A stretch of DNA of 63,989 bases, the filler included, from Streblomastix strix (taxonomy: Eukaryota): NCBI GenBank assembly GCA_008636045.1. It is 3 parts of 3 records of this genome, joined end to end, with 100 filler letters (N's around TTAATTAATTAA, not from the genome) between each part and the next. Parts side by side here need not be neighbours in the genome. Positions count along the whole stretch, not along the records: positions 21,690 to 43,240 come from SNRW01000366.1; 2 more parts are not named here. One strand, written 5' to 3'. The first letter of the stretch is position 1, and every line of letters starts with the position of its first letter. A program made the position numbers and the translations under genes. Under the pieces are notes generated by a model that did not search any database, was not told where the DNA came from, and saw only the letters and a list, made by a program, of their open reading frames with translations. Positions 28,698 through 42,071 of this stretch are shown in pieces.

Positions 28698-31600
28698 TCA
28701 TGGATTATATTCCTCCACTTTTTGAAGCAACTCCTTTGAGTATCCTGGAGTATAGTAGCGTACAACCTCTTCTGGATAGCATGCATTGACTGCATCTACT
28801 GCTTCCTATTTTGTTATATATAATGATTTAAGCATATATTAATTGATTAAAAATAGAATAATAGTATCTAATTTTCTATTAAAATATTCTGATTGAACAA
28901 ACTTTGAGTTTTGTTCCTGGTTCAGCACTAAGTTCTTGAATTCGCTGTTTGATATCATTATATGTTAAAGTTAAATAAATTACAAGATATGCAAATTAAT
29001 AACATATGAAATATATCTTTTACTAAATAAGTTAATATTTGTATTATTTGAATTATTAACCTGCAGTCCCCCATTTGCCACGAACTGTTTCCTTGCTGTA
29101 ACATCTGAAGGGAGAACCTATAATTGAATAATAATTGAATAATAATAATAAATAATAAATAATTATAATAATAAATAATAATAAATATTCTATCTAAATT
29201 AAATGCTTATAACATACTTTAGCATATTGACCAACAATGTACTTCATGATCTCAGGAGGCGACTAATGAAATAAAGAGGAAAGAAGAAATCAAGGAATAC
29301 AGATAAAAGTATATATATATTACAAGATAAATTATTATTCTATTCAAATACTCAAGTTTAATATAAGTTATAACATTATATATAATTAATATTAATATTA
29401 ATATATGTTCTTTATTACCTGCATCAGAAGAGGCTCAAGAGCAGGAAGATATGTGCACTAGTAAATGAATTTAAAATTGTATAAATAATAAATAGTAATA
29501 AACTACATATTAAATAGTATATTATAATTCAACCTTTGAGACTATAGCTTTCAGAGCATGTTTGCATTTCAATCTGAGATCATCTGAAGCCTATATTATT
29601 ATTATTATAAATATAAATATTTCTTATTTATGAATAAATGTACAAACCTATTCGTGTAAATAGACCATGAGAAGCTTTGGAAGAGCACTAGCATCAGCAA
29701 GAGCCTGCATTAATATTATATCAATAATTATATAAATATATTAATAATAATCTATTTACCTTAGCATGATCTGATGTATGTCTACCAACTTATCCCAATG
29801 CCCATGCTGCAGCTGCCTATAATAAATAATGTTATATTAATATTAAAAGGATTTATATAATAATATAATAATATAATATTACCTTCATATAATCTTCTGG
29901 TTCAGTTATAAGAGTATGCATAAGTGGTGCAACTCCCTATTATAATGATAATATAATAAATATAATAAAATAAAATAATACGAAATTACCATTTAATGAT
30001 TTTATTATTCATACTTTTGCTCCAATAACACCAAGTGCAAGTGTCTGTAATTATATTTTAAATCAATTATATGAAAATTAATAAAAAATTGTTGAATTAT
30101 TATGTTAAAATATAAATGAAAATGATATTATTTTACATAATTATATAAACCTCGGAATAAGCAGCAATATATCCCAAGCACATAACTCCAGGAAGACGAT
30201 CTGGGCCAGTTGTCTATTAATAAATAAATAAATAATGAATTAAGATAATGAATAATAATATAAATATTTATAATATAGTAATAACATTATTTAAATAGAT
30301 ATTATATGTCTATATTAATATATATGATATTGATACCTCATTGGCGAAGTCAACAAGAGCAACAACTCCTCCCATATCCATGATATATTTGGCAAGCTAA
30401 TAATAATAATAACAGTAATAAAAGAATAGAAGCAATTAATGATTAATACAATAATATAATAATAATAATATATTGAATGAATATTAATTACTAATTTCAT
30501 ACATCTGGTGTGTGTTTTGCAATCTCACGCACGCATGTTGCTGCATTCTTCTTCACTGTAGTATCCAGATCCTATATAATCATAAATATAAGTACATAAG
30601 TTTATATATGTGAATAAACAATAAGTAAAGTTTAATTTGTATTAAAATAATACTTTAAGGCAGAGAAGGATTCTTGGGAATAGATCAGCAGCTACTATCT
30701 ACTCTGCAAGATCTACAGAGTGCTTAGCAATCTGTGCAAGGCAAGAACATGCCTGACATAAGATAGTTATATATAAAAATGAATTGAAAATAATGGTTTT
30801 TAAGGATAAAAAAAATTGAAACCTGTTATTTAAGACGCGTATCAGTGGAACCAACCATTGGAACAAGATATCCTATTCCACCTGCATCTGCTACTACTTG
30901 AGCAAGCTCAGGTGTGTGCTTAGCAACATCTGAAAGTGCAGAGGCTGCAACACGCTTCAGTGTCAGCTAAAAATTATTGGAATATTGAATGAAAAATAAA
31001 ATAATAATCCTTTCAAAGAAAAGAACTTACTTCAGGCTCCTGTAAACATAGAACTGTAAGTGGAATCGCACCAGCATCAACAACGAACTGAGCAAGATCT
31101 GCATTATGGCGTGCAATGTAACCGAGGGCAAATAAAGCACTTTCCTTGCAACCTGGATCAAACTCCTCTGTAAACGTTATTAAAAAATATCAGTGAACAT
31201 GTAAACTATGATTTTAATCATCAAGGCATAATCTACATACATAGGCATGATACCAGTGCTTCCAGTGCCCCGCTCTCGAAGACAGCCTGTGCGAGCTGTG
31301 CGGAGTGTTTTACGACAGAACGGATAATGAATGCAGCGCTCTTCTTGAAAAATTTCTGATATAAAAGTACCAAGCATGTAGAAAAATTAAAATAGATGCA
31401 AAAATATTGGTGGGTTTTGAGAAAAACGGCAAACGTTCTATTCTTTCAGCGAACTGACTAATTGCGGCAGGATGTCATTTTGGACAACGCTCTCGGCCAT
31501 TTCTTCACTCGCGTTAGCCAAACGTCCAAGAGCAAGAGCTGCAGACAGACAAACGGATGGCACAGGGTCCGAAATGAGCGGCTTAAGCAAAAGCATGACC

Positions 31601-31719
31601 CCTGCAGCCTTCAGTGGCTCGACGTTGTTTGGCCGCTCTGCAAAAGTTGCAACTTGCTGCACGAAGGCAATTCGTGATCGTTGGAAGTCCTCGAACGCGC
31701 TGACGATTTACCGAGACAT
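28698..31719 (-). CDS. SPAG6: Axonemal central-pair armadillo protein PF16/SPAG6 (~18 exons)
   Basis: MSRQIVSAFEDFQRSRIAFVQQVATFAERPNNVEPL...AALALGRLAN...; C-terminus NACYPEEVVRYYTPGYSKELLQKVEEYNP*. Many short GT-AG introns. Confidence 0.96.
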
Positions 31720-33049
31720 TTAAACAGCCGCGAATAGACAAGGAAAATCGATTTTTTTACTTTCATTACCCAACTGTTATATTCATTGATTTGTTTAATT
31801 TAATTTATATATTAAATTTTCTAATAATTTTTAAAAAGAAAACTGCCTAATTAATATAACATGAATAATTCATTTTTATTGCTGTTTTTCACTGATAATT
31901 GCATATTTTAACTGAGGAATGTTTGATGATAAAATTTCGAGTTATTGTAATTTCATGTACTCTATATTTATGCCCGTATTCGTCATATAACTGCATTTAA
32001 CTGCTAATTGAATAATAAATAAATTCATAAGAATAATATCTTTCTTAATTCGTCATGGTCCTTCTATTTCAATTAAGATAATATTTCTATTATTTTCATT
32101 TGATTTTCTTTGTCATTTATTGTACATGATTCAATAATTGAATGAACTTCTTTAATTGTTTTATGAAATTAAATAAATTACAAGCAAATGAGTTTAAACA
32201 TTATTATAAGACCGACAAAAAGTCTTTACGTTGCACTTTTGTCATATTCTTATTCTAAATTAATTCAAAATTTATATTATTTGTTTTCAAATAATATATA
32301 TTTGGGGATTATTTGAAAAATATTAAAATATTTCTCAAATTGATAATTCAAAATAAATTTTGGTATTTTTTTTAGAAAAATATAATAAATAAATGTTAAT
32401 TTTCTAATCGTACACGTATTTTTCTAAATTACTATTATTTTTGTTTTGTAAACAATTTAACTATCTTAAAATATTTATCAATAATTAATTTTACATTAGA
32501 GATAATTTAAAAAAATTTTAGATACTAAGATTTTTTAGGAGAGAATCATCTCATTTGTCCAAACAAAAAGCTATGAGTATTAACGCATATTGTTATTTAT
32601 AATTGCTAATTGATATGAATAATGTGAATGATTAATGTTATTAATATTTTATTTCATGAATCAATCTAGTTCTTCAAATTGTACATAGCAATTAAAATAG
32701 TTTTTTCATTCAAGTTCCTATTACCTTTGAAGTTCTTCTTTTTATTATCACATATAATTTATGTATTTTGTTTTATTTATCTCTAAGTATTTACATTTCA
32801 TTAATAAAATCAATTAATTCGTCACCAAAGATAGTTTAAATTTTTTCTTCGTAATCAATAAGTTATCTTTAAGTAAAGAGCAGATCATATTCCGATAATT
32901 AAAATTTATGTAATTTATTATTATTAAAATAAATATTATCTATTAATTATATCCTACCTTTTTTATCTATATGATCAACATTAAAATCCATTTAGGTAAA
33001 AATATAAACAATATCTGATTAAAATTTTCATTCAGCTACATAATTATCT

Positions 33050-34209
33050 AAGTCATTTTAGAATCTAAAAGGTTGTAATCTTGCACTCTCTACTGTCATC
33101 GCATCATTAAATTTAGGAGCATTTCTTGCTCCAATTTTTCACAAATTCTATTCATATTACTTCTATTCTTTAGCTCTTTTCACATCATTTTTATCTTTTG
33201 CCGCTTTAAAATCTAATTCACTAGGAATAGTAAATATTTCTTCTTCAACATCATCAGTATCATCTGGAATTTGAACTAACTGATTGTTCCAAAAACCAGC
33301 TTAACCTACTTATGTTAATCTTTCCATCTATGTAACTCTTTAGTTCCCTTAATCAACAATGAAATATTAATAGTATGCTTATTTTATTGCTTCGCTCAAT
33401 TTCTTATATATAATTAGTGATGTAGCATCACCTCCAACAAATGATTATGCTTAATATGATTTATCATAATATTACAATACCTATAGAGCCATAATACTTT
33501 TCAAATTCTATCACCAATAGCTGAATATACTTATGCTACCGTACAACTAAATTCTTTTAAGAATAGTGATAGTTAATATTTAATGAAAAGTTTACAACCA
33601 TCTGCATGCTTATCTTATTCTTTCTATTATTTCTAATGTTTCTTTTAATGTTCTTCTTTAGTTAAATTTTCTCTGAAATTTTTGAATAGTCTTTGACACA
33701 TAATTGGAACTGTAATTCTAAGTCCGTCTGCAGATTGAAAAAATCCTCTATCATCACATGCAACAAATTCTAGAAATTTATCATCATTAATATCTTCTTT
33801 TACTCCAACCCATTTCAATTATCTTAGATTTTTTTCTACTTTTCTTCCACTCTTCAAATGAAGGTTAATTTGACCACATTTTCTTAAATTGAATGTTTTT
33901 ATTCTTACTATTCAAATCCTTTAGAGGACCACATTATTATTACCTTGATTATGCTAAAATCTCATTTCTTTTAGCTAATTATTAGTCTTTAACTTTTTAA
34001 TAATCTTAATTTTCTTTCAAATCTTATTTGGTTGATAATTATGATGCTTGTGACTTCTAATATTTTTCATATGATAGTACTAATCCCTTATATGTATAAA
34101 AATCTGCTTCAGACTACCTTTGTTTTGTACGGGAAATATAGCCTAATCTTTGATCTATAGATTGTGCTGAAGATGCTGATGATTGACTTTATTAAATTTC
34201 TTCACTCAT
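33050..34209 (-). pseudogene. Putative viral core/structural protein (frameshifted)
   Basis: MSEEIQQSQSSASSAQSIDQRLGY...KEDINDDKFLEFVACDDRGFFQSADGLRI. Lies divergent to the ATPase gene. Confidence 0.4.
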
Positions 34210-34239
34210 TTAGTTTAAGCAAAAAAATAGATATCAACT

Positions 34240-35058
34240 ATGTATAAATCATTAGTCTCAACGGTAAATAAATATCAAGTCATTCATTAACACAATATAT
34301 ATATGAATTACTAGAAAGTTAAGTTCCTAATAAACATGAAGTATAATGCATTGTTCACAAAGAAATTAATTTCATATATAATTCTATTAACTTATTTATT
34401 GGAATACGTGGAAGCGGTAAATCATATAATGTTTTCAAAGAATTAATCAAATTGAATTAAGTAAAAAACTGTTATACATTATTTCTATATGTTATTAATA
34501 GCAATAATGATTAAACATATAAGAAAATGAGTACATTAATCAATCTACCAATAAAGATTATTAATTATGTTAAAATTGATTTTGTACTAAATGATATATT
34601 TGGAACAAAAGCAGTGTATGATTCAATAAAAAAAGTAACAGTTAACAACATAGCTCCCACAAGACACAAGGAATGATATTCTTTTTGCTGTTGGTACATA
34701 GAATTTTAAAATGAAATATCGTCATATTATAGTTAAACTTGATGAAGCAATGCCAATGTTTAAATTTAACCAATTACTTTTATTAAAAAATTTATTCAAA
34801 AACAAGTAGCCAAGAATCACTTATTTTCTATGCTTATAGGACATAATAAGTTTTGATGCATGTATAAAAACAAATGTAAATACAATATACTTTATCGTTG
34901 GATTCAATAGATAGAAATTTATTTTATTTTATTATTAATCTTTTATATCTTTTGATAAAGATAAAATATGGGAATAATATATATAATTATCAAAGAAATA
35001 TGCTTTAATAGTATAATATAGTAATGATGGTACAAAAATTAAGATATTAGAATCATGA
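34240..35058 (+). pseudogene. A32/FtsK-HerA genome-packaging ATPase
   Basis: Walker A NLFIGIRGSGKS (34401-34424), Walker B-like IIVKLDEAM, then NKQPRITYFLCLQDIISFDACIKTNVNTIYF. Frameshifted; ends in TGA at 35056-35058. Confidence 0.8.
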
Positions 35059-35437
35059 TTCATCTAAATCATCTATTGAAATAATAACTTTATTATTTAG
35101 AACACTAACTAATTTATCAAATTAATCATTATCAATTTTATCTAAATTTTCTCCATGACATTTTCACAAAGAAATTACACCTTTGAGTTTCGTAATACGA
35201 TATCCTTTTAATTTAAAAGTTTTATTTAATTTTTATGTTGTCATTTAATCCATTTATTCATTATTTAAAACAAGATACTATTTAAATTCATCAATTATAT
35301 CAAATGTTATTAAATCTGGTGAATATTGCTCAAATGTTTTTAACTTTGGTAGATTTTAATTAAATTGATTTATCTGTTTAAATTTACTGTTAAATATTAC
35401 TCAATTCATTTTTTTGAAATAAAATCATAAGGTTTCA

Positions 35438-35788
35438 TCAAAATATTAAATAAATTTCCAGTATAAATGATATTTGTGATTAACAAACAAACACAATATC
35501 AATATTTTTGAACCATAATTATACGTTTATATCATGATTTAATTAGCAAAATGGTTTATCTATACGTTATTCACTACAATGACTTAAATATAAATCATTC
35601 ATTTAATCTTTTTGCACAAATGAAGCATATAAATAAAGATCTTATCCAATTAAAGTCTGATTTGTTCTACATTATACAAATATTATTGCTCTTTTATTTT
35701 TCGATGTCATAAATTCTACAGGTAATGTAAATTTATTCATTACTCCATCTGTTTATGTAATTGAATTTTAAGTTAATATCATCCTCAT
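35438..35788 (-). CDS. Small viral protein, putative minor capsid (penton-like)
   Basis: Open 117-codon frame (about nine TAA read as Gln, ends in TGA): FTLPVEFMTSKNKRAIIFVQCR...LYASFVQKD...LWFKNID...FILEIYLIF. Beta-rich and directly downstream of the putative MCP. Confidence 0.5.
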
Positions 35789-35864
35789 TCTGTTAAATTA
35801 TTAGATCATTTTATATTCAAAAATAAACAAAAAAGTTTTTTGGCATAAATACATATATTCATAT

Positions 35865-37143
35865 TCATCCTTCAATCTTACTTATCACTTCATCAAATGT
35901 ATTATTGACATCATAAACACATTAACCTCAAATAGAAATTCCAAACAACCAGAATGTAGCATAAATTATACATGGAATTGGTGAATGCTGTCTTTTGCAC
36001 ATTAGATCAACGTTATAATAACAATCTGTTTCACCTTGATAAGTTGGTACTCCTCCTAACTCTTTTAAAACATTTTAATTATATGTATCAAATCTATCGA
36101 AAGTAAGTGCATCATTACTATTTATTTTATATTAAAATGTAATAATGAATGAAGTCAGATCAATTTTAGGATTTAGTCTTCTTGATGCGGTGTTTCTTAG
36201 TGTTGTCGAGACATCTTCGAATTTATCAATTATTTCAATTAATAGATCTAAATTACTTGCATTCAATTACTTTTAAAAGAATAATCAATCTAGTGTATTC
36301 ATTTGCATGTCTGGGAAATTTCTACCACAAGTTGTAACTTAAATATTTTTAAAGCACGATTTTTCATAACAAGTTGTAGATCTATCATCTTTAAGAAATA
36401 GCAAACATAAATTAATAACGTGATATATTGGAATATTTTATGAAATTTTTATTGATATTATAGTTGCTCTTGTTGGAAATAAATACGCTTTAACTCTCAA
36501 TGCAGGTATCACAAACGATCTTTTAGCAAAGAATTCACATATTCTTTATAAGCTTTCATCTGTTATTTTATAATCACTCATATTTGCTGTTACTTCCATC
36601 ACAATTTAATTCTTTATTGGTAATGTCACCGGAGATATATTGCCCGCCAAATTCTTCTATTGATTATCAGCAATTTATTCTTTTCTTATTTTTGTAATGA
36701 AATCTGTGGTAAAACTCACTTGAGTAAATCATTTTGTAAACTGATATCCAAAGCTCCAATTTCTAAAGAGAAGATCAATGTTCTTCAGATTATCAGGTCC
36801 GCTAGCCATAAGATCAGTCTTATTCATAATGTAATATTTAGCCATACTGATTATTGGTTTCAATTATGCAAATACAAATGAGATAGGATTAATTTAAAAT
36901 TTAATTATAAGATCACAGAATAAAGAATTAGAAATTTTAGTGAAATCACTAAATATAGGGATTTCATTTAATCGAATATATATCCTAAATCTTATTGTTG
37001 TAGTATGAGGAATAGAAACTTAATCTTTAATCACATATTCTATATTTCTCGTTGTTACATATGTTCCAAAAGCTGATGTTTCAAATTTATGGATATTTTC
37101 AGACAATGAATGAATATTCATTCAAATTTAATGATACTTCATT
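35865..37143 (-). pseudogene. Putative major capsid protein (N-terminally truncated, frameshifted)
   Basis: HSLSENIHKFETSAFGTYVT...IRFRIYIRLNEIPIFSDF...GRNFPDMQMNTL...FIITFQ...CVYDVNNTFDEVI*. Homologous to 43629-44282 and linked to the A32 ATPase. Confidence 0.6.
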
Positions 37144-38972
37144 TAAAATTTGTCTGAAATTTTTTTAAATCTTTTAATAAAATTAAATTAAAATTTAAAA
37201 TTTTTATTTATTTTTAATTAATTTTTTTATCCTATTAGAACAAACATCAATCTACTAGAAGCAATAAAAATTTAATTTTAGTTATTTTGATATTCTTTAT
37301 CGCCTTCTTAGCCACTCATCAAACAAAATTGTAGAACTTTTAAATTGATTATTGTTTATAGTGATTAAATCTGCTTCATGATTAGTGACGCCAAAAACTT
37401 AGTATTAATTAGAATTTCCAAGGCATTAATCGAATTCGTACTTTGCTCAGCTTGAAAAACAATTATTTATTAATTAACTTTAATAATGTTTATTCGTTCA
37501 GATATAATAGAAATGCTAATTCCTCCATCTACACTTATTAAGATTGTTAATTTGAATGGGGAAAACATTAAATAAGGTTTGATATTGTAAAAGTCAATGA
37601 TTCAGTCATCAATTCATTACAAACTGAACCTATAAACTCAAGAATATAAAGAAGACAAAAGAAACATACCGATTAAGAATAGGCAACGACAGCAGCAAAA
37701 AAATTACGCAAAAATTCAAGAATTAGTTATGAAAAATCAAACAAATTATGTTTCTAAAGTTAATGATATATAATTATTAATAATTAAAAATTATAAAAAA
37801 AATTGTATAAAATGTTAATGATTTAATGATAATTAATGAGCTCATAAAAAATACGACAACATATAAATCAACGAGCAAAGTGATAATTGAATCATTAAAT
37901 GATTTTTATTTTGACATTTTCTAACTTATTGGCAGTTTGATAGGCTGGCAGCCGATTTTTATGAAAGTTTCTGATCCGTATCGCCTTGATCAATTAAAAA
38001 TTGTTCATTAACCGATTCAAATTATCGTGCCAAATACACAGATTTAATTGATGATTTATGACTCTGATCACCCGGATAACCATAACTAAACATAACTAAA
38101 CATATCTTATGTTAAAATAGAATGATTTTACTAACGGTTCTTATTTAATTCTATTTATTATTGGTTCCATTATCAACAATTTTTGGTTTCTATTTATGAA
38201 ATGCAATAATCCAAACAATTAACACATATAAGTAGTTATATAAAAAAGGAAAGTGCTATATATCTAAGAGTAGTATTTATTAATTCACTTCATTAATCAT
38301 TCACAATATTGTTTTCAATATTCACATTCTATCAAGTAATCCATTTATATATTTCAAATGATTATTTTGGTTTATTTTACTGGTTCACAGATCCGATCTA
38401 TTATTATTTATTATCATATTTTAATATCATTATACAATTATCAATATTTATAAAATCTTATTAAATAGGGTACTCTCCTTTTTTATATATAACTATTTAC
38501 GAAATGAATTAAATGTTTTTAATTATATGAATACGTATGTGAGGACACATATATAATATTAAATAAAATTGAATATTATACGATATTTACTTAGGAAGTT
38601 AGAACTATTATATGCAATTTGAAAATAGGAAAATTCAGTATTTTTTTTATAATTTACTTAAAATCTTTTTGTTTTTTCATACGATTGATATATAAATTAT
38701 GTATATATACTATTCACATCAAAATGATACGATCTTATTGCATTCATCTGCTTTGATATAATTTTTCCTATCATTCTTTCATCTTTATTATTATCATTCA
38801 TTAAACCATATTTTTCCTTTAACAAGTAATACTATAATTATTTAACATATTTTAATAAATAATAATATATCACATATTTCTTTTTTCATACAAGTAACCT
38901 TTTTTGTAATAAATAAATTAATTCAAAATTAATTAATAGCAAAGATATTTATTTTATTATAATGCTCTTTCT

Positions 38973-40726
38973 TCATGACCATTTTACTTCTTTCGATCTT
39001 TGAATTGCTGTTGGTGTTGCTTAAGCAAGTTTCTTCAAAGAGAGAGAAGTCACCGAATCATAGTTGTAGTAAAGCGTAAACTATTTTCAAAACAATAAAA
39101 TTATATGAAAAAATAAAATATATTGCAAACATAAAACTGAATAGATTCAGGAATTCCACTAATGAAAACAGGTTACTATTTGTCATTGATGAAGAGAATC
39201 GCAGTTCGAGGATTTGAGTCCATGTTTACTTCAATAGCAACAATGTCATCTGTTTTCATCGCTTGATTTCCAGTTGTTCCAATTGCATTTCTATAAATGC
39301 TTCCACTTAAAAAAAAGCATAAAATCAATAATTTATTGCAATAAATAATTGCATTTAATCATGCCTATGGTGGAATAATAATGCGTCATTTACATCTTTT
39401 GAATAAAAATGAAAATAGTAATATTAAAATATAAAATTATATTATATTTATGTAAATAATCATACAAGGTTATTCATTAGCAAATTTGCCACTTGGAATT
39501 ATGAGCCCAGATTTCATCACACCAAATACTAATAAGAAAAGAAATAATATACTTATTATATAAATTAAATGAGTAATTTCAAACCGAACCACAATTGCAT
39601 TTTGTTGAGTTTTATCTCGTATTTGAAAGTACCCTATGTAATTATAGAGTTAACTGTGTATGTATTATATCCAGCAATTGTCTATGTGTATGTTTCTTCA
39701 CCATCTTTCTTTGTATAAGAACCTGTTGGAGCACTGATTGAAAATGCAACATCACCTGATTTGGGTTTTGCTTCTTCAATTTGAATTTCAAGATCGATGA
39801 TCTACTTTTTATATTCTTCATTCAATCTTTTTTATTCTTCTATCTTCTTCAGTGATTCTTCATTTTTCTTCTTCAACTCTTATATTTCAGAGCTTGAAGA
39901 GGGTACAGTAACACCTTTACTTGCCAAGATAGTTTGAATTATTTATGCTTTCATTTTTATTTCTTATAATTTTTAATCTTTCTCTTTTGCAAGTTTTTCA
40001 AGAACAGGCAATAGTCCGCCCATGGCATGAATATCAGCTCCACTGGTTATAAGATCAAGAATAACAACAAGAATGTTAGTCTATACATGTTGAATAGTCC
40101 CATCTTCAATCTGATGATTAGTATAAATCAAATTAAATGTATTTATTCCAAAAAGTTTGTTTTAAATAATAAGTAAACTAGAGCAAAAGTACTCATCTAA
40201 ACGAATCCATTCTTCAAGAGCACTTTCTAAATATTTGGAGACTTTCTGATAAGTTTACTCAGCGCTTCACAAGCTGTTTGTGAATGTTCTTCATCATTGC
40301 TCTAACAATAATAAAAAATATAAAAAAACTTAAAATGAATAAAATAAAGCACTAATTAAACCTTAAGCATGACAATAAGAGGATTAAGGTACAACTGGTT
40401 TATAGGCAATTCACAATCTTAATCTGAAATAGATAATAACATTTCGTATCAGCTGAAATTGAGTGTATAAAAAATAATAAAAAAACCATGCAGCACCATG
40501 GCCACAAGACGCTCTGTAGTTTATTATTATTATTCATAGTTTTCAGAAAGTAGATCGTTTATGAGAAGAGGAATTTCGTCGATCTGTACAAACAAAACAG
40601 TGGAAAAGTTAAAAATTCGAATTAACAAGTGATAAGAGTGAATTAATAGTATCATACTTTCGCATTCTCATTGGGTTAATTAAGTGTATCTGGATGATGA
40701 ACTTCTTCAGATAACTTCTTTGTCAT
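38973..40726 (-). CDS. ARM-like + coiled-coil + SPRY-like domain protein, multi-exon
   Basis: ATG at 40726 (MTKKLSEEVHHP). Exons IDEIPLLINDLLS..., GVMKSGLIIP and DDIVAIEVNMDSNPRTAILFIND; ends KEVKWS* with TGA at 38975-38973. Confidence 0.7.
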
Positions 40727-41020
40727 TGCGTTTTTAAATCAATGATGAATAATTTGCAATTTTTCGACACATTTACAGGTTTCGATCTAAAAATCCACTA
40801 TCAAATTTTATTTCAAGTTTAAAATATACATATTAGCAATTTTATACTATTTAAAAAGTGATTAAATCTTCTGTGACTGAGAAAGCGAGTCAAAACAAAA
40901 AAAATGATTTATATCCATATTCTAACTACCAATATCGTTTTGCGTAATAATATTTTAAATAAAAACATTCTCGCATATTCTGTACACGATTAAATATTTA
41001 TTTTAACAGTTTGATAGATT

Positions 41021-42071
41021 ATGGGAGACCTAACTTCATCGCTTGTTGGAGGAGTTGCAGGAACATTAACAAGAGGAGTGATTGGATCTGTTTCATCGAA
41101 AGCTGGAGGTAGTTTATTAAAGATGGTAGATTTATTATGGATGACATTCAGATTTTGGTCTTTCATTATTGACATTTCAATACATGTATCAAGTCGGCAA
41201 AGGCAATTTGCAGTTATCATCTGAATCCATATCTCCATGGCCTTTAGTTAATTAACTAAAATTCTTTGTACAACCACCTGCTGATTGTACAAGTTATTCT
41301 GTTCCTAAATTTGGATGCAAATGTACATCAAATTACAATCCCTATAGCTGTATTTGCCCTACAACTCCAGAAGAATTGTTGAATATTCCAAAGATCAAGT
41401 ACCCATGTATTGCAAATGATTAGAGAGGTTCATGTAAGACATGCACAGGAGCTACAAGTGATGCTTCAGATTGTATCTGTCCAACAACACCATCTGGTCT
41501 TCAGAATGTTCCAATAGATAGGTGTTATTGTATATCAGGAGACTTGAGATCAGATTGTTAACCTGAGAAGTGCACAAGTAGTATTAAACCTCCACAAGGA
41601 TGTATTTGCTCTAGGTATAATACTCCATCAGGATGCACTTGCCCAATACTTGGAACAGACATGGACTAAGGTATAAGTACAAGTATATGTCCATGTATCA
41701 AGAATGATGTAAGATATGAATGTCAACCAACTTCATATACAAGTTCTACTGTACCACAATAAGGATGCATTTGTTCATAAACAGCATCTTCAAGTGGATG
41801 TAAATGTCCTCAAACAGCAGAAGAATTGGTTGGTATTGAATCTAGTTATTACTGTGACTGCATTCTTGGAGATAGAAGATATGATTGTCAACCAACAGAG
41901 TGTTAAAGTTTCATTAACATTCCTGCTTAAGGATGCATATTGTATAATGATTCTGGAGTTTTGAGATAAGAATGCAAGGATGTTGACAGGGCTACTTCAG
42001 GTTTAATAAATTTAGTACTGAGCTTAATCACAGCATTTATATTGATTCCTGCTTTATTTATCTTCTTGTGA
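41021..42071 (+). CDS. Cysteine-rich repeat surface protein with C-terminal hydrophobic anchor (5' part disrupted or missing)
   Basis: Frame from ~41145 has repeated GCxC / CxCP / CxCxxxDxRxxC units and ends LVLSLITAFILIPALFIFL* (TGA 42069-42071). In-frame TGA at 41142. Confidence 0.7.

Larger units (their letters stand above)
32650..38400. mobile_element. Degenerate Maverick/Polinton-like endogenous DNA virus
   Basis: Compact, largely intronless and partly overlapping ORFs, including an A32-type ATPase and capsid-like genes. Boundaries are approximate and no TIRs were recognised. Confidence 0.7.

Noticed and set aside
38100..38400. Possible pPolB N-terminal remnant
   Set aside because: Too degraded; no polymerase or exonuclease motifs visible.
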